Positions 57,284-64,000 of a stretch of 64,000 bases of DNA are shown one piece after another. Source of the DNA: Coprothermobacterota bacterium (lineage in GTDB: Bacteria > Coprothermobacterota > HKB111); contig JBBIIY010000002.1 of assembly GCA_037446255.1 (NCBI GenBank), positions 1,353 to 65,352 of the forward strand, given 5' to 3'. Under the pieces are notes generated by a model. It worked only from the letters and a program-made list of their open reading frames with translations, did no database searches and was not told the origin of the DNA. The first letter of the stretch is position 1; each line of letters opens with the position of its first letter. Position numbers and translations under genes: made by a program.

Positions 57284-58390
57284 TTGAAAGATTATTATGC
57301 AATATTAAATACACCCCCAGATGCATCTGAAGAGATAATTAAGAAAAATTATCGTGAATTAGTAAAACAATATCATCCGGATTTAAATAAAAATAATCCT
57401 GAAAATGCTAAGAAGATGACCGAAGTCAACGAAGCTTATGAAACTCTCTCCGATCCGGAAAAAAGACGTCGTTATGATGCCTTAAGACAGGGAGGGGTAA
57501 GTTACGGAGATGGTATTGGTATGCCCGACTTTGGGGGATTTGACTTTGGAGAAGGTATGGGGTCTATTTTTGAAGACTTTTTTGATGCATTTCGTGGCCA
57601 AACTACAACCAGAAAAAATAGACCCACTCAAAATCGTGGAGCAGACATTGAGGTACCAGTAGAGGTTAATCTTAAAGATGTTCTAATAGGAGTAAATAAG
57701 CAAATTAATGTTGATAGGTTAGAGAACTGTGATTCCTGCAAGGGTAAGGGAACTAATTCAGACTCAGGTGTATCAACCTGCTCTAACTGCAAGGGTACGG
57801 GTTATGCTCAAAGCGAAACCCGTACACCTTTCGGAGTGATGTTCAGAACTACCTCCTGCCCTATTTGTCAGGGGGAAGGTAAACAGGTAAAAGATCCCTG
57901 TTCAAATTGCAAAGGCACTGGAACTGAATATAAAAGAAGACAGGTAAATGTGGAAATACCAGCTGGAATAGAAGATGGTATGAGAATCCGCTTAAGCGAT
58001 GAAGGACATAAAGGCAAAAGAGGGGGCACAAAAGGTGACCTCTATATCAGGGTTAATATAAAAAGTGACCCTTTATTTGTAAGGCAGGGAAAGGACCTGA
58101 TAAATATAATTCAAATACCATATTTTACTGCCATTCTTGGGGGAGAAATCAGTGTAAATTCTCTGGAAGGTCCAAAAAAATTAAAAATTCGGCGAGGAAC
58201 TCAACACAAAGAAGTATATATTATAAAAGGAAATGGACTTCCAGACATAAAATCCTCCAAGAGAGGCGATTTAAAAATAGTTATTGAGGTGGAAATACCG
58301 AAAAATATAAGTTTAGACGAGGAAAAACTTCTCAAAGAGATTTCTCATCAGAAGAAAGAGGCAAACTCAGGTCCTTGGTGGAAGGTTTAA
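57284..58390 (+). CDS. dnaJ: Chaperone DnaJ
   Basis: HPD J-domain, G/F region, four CxxCxGxG repeats. Confidence 0.97.
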   Translation: MKDYYAILNTPPDASEEIIKKNYRELVKQYHPDLNKNNPENAKKMTEVNEAYETLSDPEKRRRYDALRQGGVSYGDGIGMPDFGGFDFGEGMGSIFEDFFDAFRGQTTTRKNRPTQNRGADIEVPVEVNLKDVLIGVNKQINVDRLENCDSCKGKGTNSDSGVSTCSNCKGTGYAQSETRTPFGVMFRTTSCPICQGEGKQVKDPCSNCKGTGTEYKRRQVNVEIPAGIEDGMRIRLSDEGHKGKRGGTKGDLYIRVNIKSDPLFVRQGKDLINIIQIPYFTAILGGEISVNSLEGPKKLKIRRGTQHKEVYIIKGNGLPDIKSSKRGDLKIVIEVEIPKNISLDEEKLLKEISHQKKEANSGPWWKV

Positions 58391-58583
58391 TTAAGGGTTT
58401 TTCAGTCAAAATATCTTGAATACTTTGAGAAACCGGGTCTATATATCTTGTTAACAAGGATAAATTTCCTTCATGTCCTTGTTTTTCCATTATTATAGCA
58501 GCACCCTTAGATACTAAAATTGTTAGTAAAAACCTGTTATTATTAGTTTTTTTCAATAGCTCTTCAATAGGAATTTTAATCAT
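58332..58583 (-). CDS. rpoZ: RNA polymerase omega subunit
   Basis: PIEELLKKTNNNRFLLTILVSK resembles omega; conserved position after gmk. Confidence 0.75.
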   Translation of the reverse strand: MIKIPIEELLKKTNNNRFLLTILVSKGAAIIMEKQGHEGNLSLLTRYIDPVSQSIQDILTEKPLIKPSTKDLSLPLSSDEKSL

Positions 58584-59205
58584 TAAAAAAATCTCCTTTT
58601 ATTCTTTTTATTTTATGCCTTTCAGCATTAATTATTTGGCAAATACAGGAAACTGTTTCATCGGGGGTTTTATTAATAATCCAGTAGTCATAATTTTTGA
58701 TGTAGTAAAATTCTTCTTTTGCTCTACTAAGCCGTTCATTAATTTGACAATTATTTTCAGTGCCTCTCAATTTAAGCCTGGTTTCTAATTCATACCAGGA
58801 TGGAGGCAATAAAAATATTGATACTGAATCAGGTATCAATATTTTTATTTTTTCAGCACCCTGGACATCTATATCCAATAAAACATCAAGTTGGCAATTT
58901 AAGAAATGCAGGACTTTAGACTTTAAAGTACCATAATAATTTCCATGAACAATAGCCCACTCCATAAATTCATCATTATCTATTTTTTTTTGAAATTCAT
59001 CCTGGGAAAAGAAAAAGTAGTCCTTACCTTCAACCTCATTATTTCTTTTTTTCCTGGTAGTAGCGGAAATGGAAAAAACTAGATTACTTTCTATTTTTAA
59101 AAGTTCTTTTACGATTACACCTTTTCCAACACCGGAAGGACCTGAAATAATTATCAATATCGGTTGGTGTTCAAAGTGTGTTTTAAACTCAGGGCTTATA
59201 TTCAA
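58576..59205 (-). CDS. gmk: Guanylate kinase
   Basis: SGPSGVGK, SATTR, YYGT, DIDVQG, LRGTE. Confidence 0.96.
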   Translation of the reverse strand: MNISPEFKTHFEHQPILIIISGPSGVGKGVIVKELLKIESNLVFSISATTRKKRNNEVEGKDYFFFSQDEFQKKIDNDEFMEWAIVHGNYYGTLKSKVLHFLNCQLDVLLDIDVQGAEKIKILIPDSVSIFLLPPSWYELETRLKLRGTENNCQINERLSRAKEEFYYIKNYDYWIINKTPDETVSCICQIINAERHKIKRIKGDFFND

Positions 59206-60488
59206 TTTAAGATTTTAACCAATTTATATTCTTTAGCGCCTTTCCTTAAAATCAACAGACACCCTTCTACTAAATCATTTTCGGTAATTTTATAAAATTC
59301 ATTGTTAATTTTATTATTATTTAAATATAAACCATTATTTCTAATGAGTCGTTTTGCTTCATTTTTACTAATTGTAATACCAGAGTATACGCAAAAATCA
59401 ACCAGAAGAGAAAGTTCGTTAAGTAATTTTTCTTTACTAACTTCTAATGAGGGTACATCTACAAAAATTTCCATCATTTCCTTAGCTTTAAAGCCTTGAA
59501 TATTTCCCCCAAACAAAACTTCGGTTGCTTTTTCGGCTTTTTCTAATTCCTTTGGTCCATGAACCAAATTAGTAATTTCTCTGGCCAATCTTTTTTGAGC
59601 TTCTCTCTTTTCAGGGTATTTTTCCAGAGATTCTTGATAACTATTTATTTCATCAGCATTAAGATAAGTAAAATATTTGAGATATTTAATAACATCAACA
59701 TCTTCAACATTTATCCAACACTGGTAAAATTGAAATGTGGAGGTTAAATTAGGTGATAACCAAATAGTTCCCAACCCGGTTTTTCCAAATTTTACTCCAC
59801 TTGCTGTAGTCAATAGTGGTAAAACCAAACCAAAGACCCTTTCATTTTTCTTCTTTCTTATAAGGTCAATACCAGCAGTTATATTCCCCCATTGATCGCT
59901 TCCTCCAATTTGGAGTTTACAGCCAAATTGCTCATAAAGAACTAAATAATCGTAGGATTGGGCTAACATATAACTAAATTCTGTATAGGATATGCCATCA
60001 TCTAAATCTAAACGTCTTTTTACTGATTCTTTGGCTAACATATAGTTAACAGTAAAGTATTTTCCAACTGTTCTCAGGAAATCCAGCATACCTATTTTTC
60101 CAAGCCAATCAGCATTATTGAATATGGTAGCCGGATTTGTTTTAGAATTAAAATCAAGAAAACGAGAAATTTGTTTTTTTATACTTTCGAGATTCTGCTC
60201 AATAATTTCTTTAGTTAAAAATGGCCTTTCTTCACTTTTACCGCTTGGATCACCTATGAGTCCTGTACCACCACCAACAACTATAATTGGTTTATGTCCA
60301 AATTTCTGCATTCTGGACATAACAAGTATGGGTAATAAATGACCAACATGGAGACTGTCAGCAGTTGGGTCAATGCCAACATAGATAGTAAATGTGTCGG
60401 ATGTAATAGATTCTTTAAATCCTTCGGTTGAATCATAAATAAGTTCTCTCCACTTTAATTCGTCAAAAACATTCATGATATTCCTCAT
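59202..60488 (-). CDS. tyrS: Tyrosyl-tRNA synthetase
   Basis: DPTADSLHVGH, GGSDQWGN, KFGKT, C-terminal S4 domain. Start may be 60476. Confidence 0.97.
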   Translation of the reverse strand: MRNIMNVFDELKWRELIYDSTEGFKESITSDTFTIYVGIDPTADSLHVGHLLPILVMSRMQKFGHKPIIVVGGGTGLIGDPSGKSEERPFLTKEIIEQNLESIKKQISRFLDFNSKTNPATIFNNADWLGKIGMLDFLRTVGKYFTVNYMLAKESVKRRLDLDDGISYTEFSYMLAQSYDYLVLYEQFGCKLQIGGSDQWGNITAGIDLIRKKKNERVFGLVLPLLTTASGVKFGKTGLGTIWLSPNLTSTFQFYQCWINVEDVDVIKYLKYFTYLNADEINSYQESLEKYPEKREAQKRLAREITNLVHGPKELEKAEKATEVLFGGNIQGFKAKEMMEIFVDVPSLEVSKEKLLNELSLLVDFCVYSGITISKNEAKRLIRNNGLYLNNNKINNEFYKITENDLVEGCLLILRKGAKEYKLVKILN

Positions 60489-60781
60489 CTAAATATAATT
60501 AATAATTTTAACATAGTTTTTAAAATATACCTATAATTATTTAGAAGAAAAACTGGTGGTCATTAACATCATCCCTGATATAACTCCGATTATAGAAATG
60601 TGTTCTTGATTATATGATTTATCATACTCCAACTTAACTTAAATAGAAGTTAACGTATCTTCATTTATGAAAAGGTTGAATCAACATAAATATTTTATTA
60701 GCTATAAAACAAATTGTATCAAGGTAGGATATAATTATTTAATAATATTTAATAATATAAATTAAAGGAGTTTTTAATTAT

Positions 60782-62554
60782 ATGTTTAGCCTGGACAACA
60801 TAAGCATAGATAATTTTTTAAAATTATTTGAAAATATCGTTAAAATTAAAAAAGAAGCAGGAATTATACCTATACAGGATAATCCTTCAGACCTTTTAAC
60901 CCGAGCAAAATCATATGGAACAGCTTTCAAAAATGGAAGCTATGGTTGGAGTTCCAACATATGGCATAGGTCAGCTGCTGGAAGCGTGATAATTGAAGAT
61001 GAGCAATCATTAACCAACGAGCATAAAAAATTAATGCTTAGAGTCTTAGAGCATATACTTGCGAGACCTATGATTGCTGTAGATGCCATAGTGGGATCTC
61101 CTGGAACTCCGTCAGCCCTACATTGCCGACTCTTTTGCGACCCCCAGTTCCCTGATATTGCTCATCGTTGGAAAAGCTTGAACTTCCCTGCTCCTCAGGA
61201 TACTAAACCTGATGCTACCCTGTTTTGTATTCCTCATTACCTGGATAACCCCAATATCCCTGGTACAGGAGAAATGCTCAAAGTTTTACGATTTCCCAAC
61301 CACAACTATACTATTGTAACGGTTAGTTCCTATCAGGGAGAATGTAAAAAAGGATTTTTGACCCATTGGGTAAATCATGTTTACCAGCAAGGAGGAACTG
61401 GAGAACACGCTTCCCTTAAAGAGTTCACTATTAAAAAAATTGATGGTACATATAAAAGAATAGTTATGAGTGTTTGGGGTCTTACCGGCAGCGGAAAATC
61501 TACCCATGGATTGTATGTATTTGATGAAAACAACATTAATTCTTATATTGACAACTATGGAGTTAACCCCCTGGATTTTGTTTCTGACCAGGTGTTGAAA
61601 AATGATGATATCGTTGCCGTCTTTAGTGATAGAGTTTATTGTTCAGAATCTGGAAGCTGGACAAAAACTGAAGATGTTGATGATAGGCAATCTGGGATTT
61701 TTAAAGCTGCTATGTCTTCAGAAGCATTGCACGAAAATACCGAGTGGGACAATCAGGGAAATGTTAGTTTTGCTGGTAAAATCCTTCAGTATCATAGTAA
61801 ACCCAACCAGAACGCGAGAACTGTGTTAAAACTAAGCGATACTGGATATTATGACAACATTCCCCACTCTAGCGAACCCCTTAACATGGCTATTTTGATT
61901 AGTCCGGGTTACAATTCCGATTATGCCTGGCTTAAAATAAATGATATGTCATTTGCAGCAAAAGTGTTAGCTGATGGTCGCACTACTGGCCATCCTGCTC
62001 AAAGCTTAAAGGGTGTTGGTGAGGAAAAATATGAAAGTCGTTATTGTCTTCCCTTCACAATGGGTACAAGTAATTCCTCTCATCTGAATAGATTCTATAA
62101 TTTTCTATTAGAGAGGGTTGATACCAACAATCCGATTGAAGTATATCAAATAAACACTACCGGTAGAGTTGGAACTAAATTCAATTGGGTGACAATTACC
62201 CTCGGAAATGATAATCTGGAAGTTCCTAAAACAGTTTTTGAAGAAATACATGGCAAAGTAAAACCTGTTGGCGGTACAGGTCCCAGTATTGAGGAAACTG
62301 AGCTTTTCCTGCTTCAAGCTGCAAGAGGCGCTGTCAAATATGAACCACACCCTATCTGGGGTAATAAAGTTTTAGTACCAATAGAAGTTCCAGGCATATC
62401 TTTAGAAAGATTAAATGAACTTAATCCATTCAGTTACCATTCGCTGGAAGTAATGGAAAAAATGTTGAAAGCACAAATTATAATGAGTAAATACTATTTA
62501 TCTATTCAATGTCCTGGTCTTGACCCTGTTATTGAAACAGCTATGGATTTTTAG
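60782..62554 (+). CDS. Divergent phosphoenolpyruvate carboxykinase (ATP-type fold)
   Basis: GECKKG, EHAS, P-loop GLTGSGKST, NDD metal site, SESGSWTKT, NAR, INTTG. Confidence 0.72.
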   Translation: MFSLDNISIDNFLKLFENIVKIKKEAGIIPIQDNPSDLLTRAKSYGTAFKNGSYGWSSNIWHRSAAGSVIIEDEQSLTNEHKKLMLRVLEHILARPMIAVDAIVGSPGTPSALHCRLFCDPQFPDIAHRWKSLNFPAPQDTKPDATLFCIPHYLDNPNIPGTGEMLKVLRFPNHNYTIVTVSSYQGECKKGFLTHWVNHVYQQGGTGEHASLKEFTIKKIDGTYKRIVMSVWGLTGSGKSTHGLYVFDENNINSYIDNYGVNPLDFVSDQVLKNDDIVAVFSDRVYCSESGSWTKTEDVDDRQSGIFKAAMSSEALHENTEWDNQGNVSFAGKILQYHSKPNQNARTVLKLSDTGYYDNIPHSSEPLNMAILISPGYNSDYAWLKINDMSFAAKVLADGRTTGHPAQSLKGVGEEKYESRYCLPFTMGTSNSSHLNRFYNFLLERVDTNNPIEVYQINTTGRVGTKFNWVTITLGNDNLEVPKTVFEEIHGKVKPVGGTGPSIEETELFLLQAARGAVKYEPHPIWGNKVLVPIEVPGISLERLNELNPFSYHSLEVMEKMLKAQIIMSKYYLSIQCPGLDPVIETAMDF

Positions 62555-62597
62555 AGAGTAAACCAAGTTTTGATTAGTTATTTCAAAGTGGATCTAT

Positions 62598-63521
62598 TTG
62601 TTAGACTATCCTCCTAATAAATTATTTTCTTCAAATTTAAATAAAACGGGTTTATTTCACCTTTTTGTTATTTATCTTGTTTGGAGTACAACCTATCTGG
62701 CAATTAGAATTGCAGTAAGAGAGGGCGGTGGTTTTCCTCCTTTTACCTTCGGGGCTATGCGAGTTCTTGCTGCGGGAACTATTCTATTTTTTTGGAGCTG
62801 GATAAAGGGAAAAAAATTAAGTATATCCATACACGATTTTATAACACTCTCAATATCGGGTTTACTGCTCTGGGTTAGTGGTAATGGTATGGTTTTATGG
62901 GCTGAACAAAGAGCTCACTCAGGTTATGCAGCTTTAATAATCGGGTCAACACCTATTTGGGTAGCCATTATGGAATCTTTTATTAATAAGAAACTTCCTA
63001 AGGTAATATTAATCTTATTAATTATTTTGGGTTTCGGAGGTATTATCATATTATCATTTCCCTCCTTTGTATCTGGAGATAAACTTGACTACTATTCAAT
63101 CATCGCCCTATTAATAGGTTCTATCAGCTGGGGTTTAGGTTCTGTATTTCAGAAATACCGACAGGTTAAAACCGATCCAATTATTAGTTCTGCCTATCAA
63201 CACTTATTTGGTGGTATAGGTTTCTCTTTTTTGATATTTATTTTAAGAGAGCCGATTCCTACTCCCACTACCGAAGCCTGGATTGCCTGGTTTTATCTGG
63301 TTACCATTGGTTCAATTTTGGCTTTTACTTCCTTTATCTTAGCTCTAAAACTGCTTCCCATCAGCCTAGTTATGACTTATGCTTATGTTAACCCTGTTTT
63401 AGCTCTGACTCTCGGTTGGTTAATTTTAAAAGAACCTATCACTCTTTTTACTTTAATTGGAGCTTTTCTTATCATTCTTTCGGTAATAGGAATATATAGA
63501 TATCAATACAAAACCAGTTAA
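62598..63521 (+). CDS. EamA/DMT family transporter (YedA-like)
   Basis: YLVWSTTYLAIR, YAYVNPV; about 10 TM helices. Confidence 0.92.
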   Translation: MLDYPPNKLFSSNLNKTGLFHLFVIYLVWSTTYLAIRIAVREGGGFPPFTFGAMRVLAAGTILFFWSWIKGKKLSISIHDFITLSISGLLLWVSGNGMVLWAEQRAHSGYAALIIGSTPIWVAIMESFINKKLPKVILILLIILGFGGIIILSFPSFVSGDKLDYYSIIALLIGSISWGLGSVFQKYRQVKTDPIISSAYQHLFGGIGFSFLIFILREPIPTPTTEAWIAWFYLVTIGSILAFTSFILALKLLPISLVMTYAYVNPVLALTLGWLILKEPITLFTLIGAFLIILSVIGIYRYQYKTS

Positions 63522-63537
63522 TAATTTATCAATAATA

Positions 63538-63566
63538 TTGACTTACTTTTAAAATGATGATAAAAT
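63538..63566 (+). promoter_or_regulatory. Sigma70 promoter of the infC operon
   Basis: TTGACT-17 nt-TAAAAT with extended -10 TG. Confidence 0.75.
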
Positions 63567-63577
63567 CATATCCACAA

Positions 63578-63675
63578 GGGAAAGTAGAGGCTTAAAATAA
63601 AACTGCTAACAGCTTCTCACCCCGAAGTATCTAACTGAAAGGGTAGCGAAAGCAGTATCTATGCTTTTATTTCCC
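63578..63675 (+). ncRNA. Ribosomal protein L20 leader
   Basis: AGTAGAGGC...GCTTCTCACC conserved-like core directly upstream of infC. Pairings 63586-92/63611-17 and 63602-07/63651-56. Confidence 0.7.
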
Positions 63676-63698
63676 ATTAATAATTGGAGGTGAGGTAC

Positions 63699-64000
63699 AT
63701 CTCAAAAGGCATAGGTTTAAATGAAAGTATTAAAGCACCAGTAGTCAGAGTGATTGATGAACATGGCCAGCAAGTAGGAATAATTCCCACTCGAGAGGCC
63801 ATAGAGATAGCCAGGCAAAGAGGTTTAGACCTGGTGGAAGTGTCTCCCAACAGCGATCCTCCCGTATGTAAAATTCTTGATTATGGACGATATAGATACG
63901 AACTCCATAAGAAAGAAAAAGAAGCAAAGAAAAAACAGAAGGTTATTGAAGTTAAGGAAATTAGATTTAGAAATTTCAACATTAATAACCATGACCTTGA
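63699..64000 (+). CDS. infC: Translation initiation factor IF-3, 3' partial, AUC start
   Basis: [20 protein letters not shown]...[25 protein letters not shown] lies 7 nt after GGAGGT. Absent from the ORF track. Confidence 0.95.
   Translation, partial: MSKGIGLNESIKAPVVRVIDEHGQQVGIIPTREAIEIARQRGLDLVEVSPNSDPPVCKILDYGRYRYELHKKEKEAKKKQKVIEVKEIRFRNFNINNHDL

Noticed and set aside
60489-60781. T-box riboswitch upstream of tyrS
   Set aside because: No T-box consensus (GGTGGNACCGCG) or terminator hairpin on the minus strand.
63745-63927. 60-aa minus-strand ORF
   Set aside because: It is antisense to the clearly recognisable infC frame.

Overview
AT-rich, gene-dense chromosomal segment from an anaerobic bacterium. 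Taxonomy cannot be fixed from this window; a stalk-domain fusion and a Thermus-like SpeE are compatible with Caldisericota-like or other deep-branching anaerobes. No rRNA, tRNA or CRISPR array was seen. Contents in order: a MetE-like core methionine synthase fragment, tag, an IS1634 remnant and a truncated QueG-like ORF. Next is an 11-gene TetR-controlled operon with two FabH-fold enzymes lacking the His/Asn catalytic residues, a PhaZ-like hydrolase, an NAD-type SDR, a CoA-transferase and a Liv-type ABC transporter; I read it as a candidate 3-hydroxybutyrate-oligomer catabolic pathway. A 16-kb group-3 [NiFe]-hydrogenase operon follows, with two different HydC/HydB diaphorase modules (one fused to a GltD/NfnB domain), a cysteine-free HydD and full hyp maturation genes. 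Then come speD-speE, htrA, ndk, a selenoprotein thioredoxin (UxxC plus SECIS) with a hidden CxxC microprotein and a membrane polyferredoxin, dcd/nth, an NfnABC/Stn-like oxidoreductase, ktrAB, pyrG, argS, grpE-dnaK-dnaJ, rpoZ, gmk, tyrS, a divergent PEP carboxykinase, and the L20 leader with an AUC-initiated infC at the right edge. All family calls come from motif recognition, not database searches.
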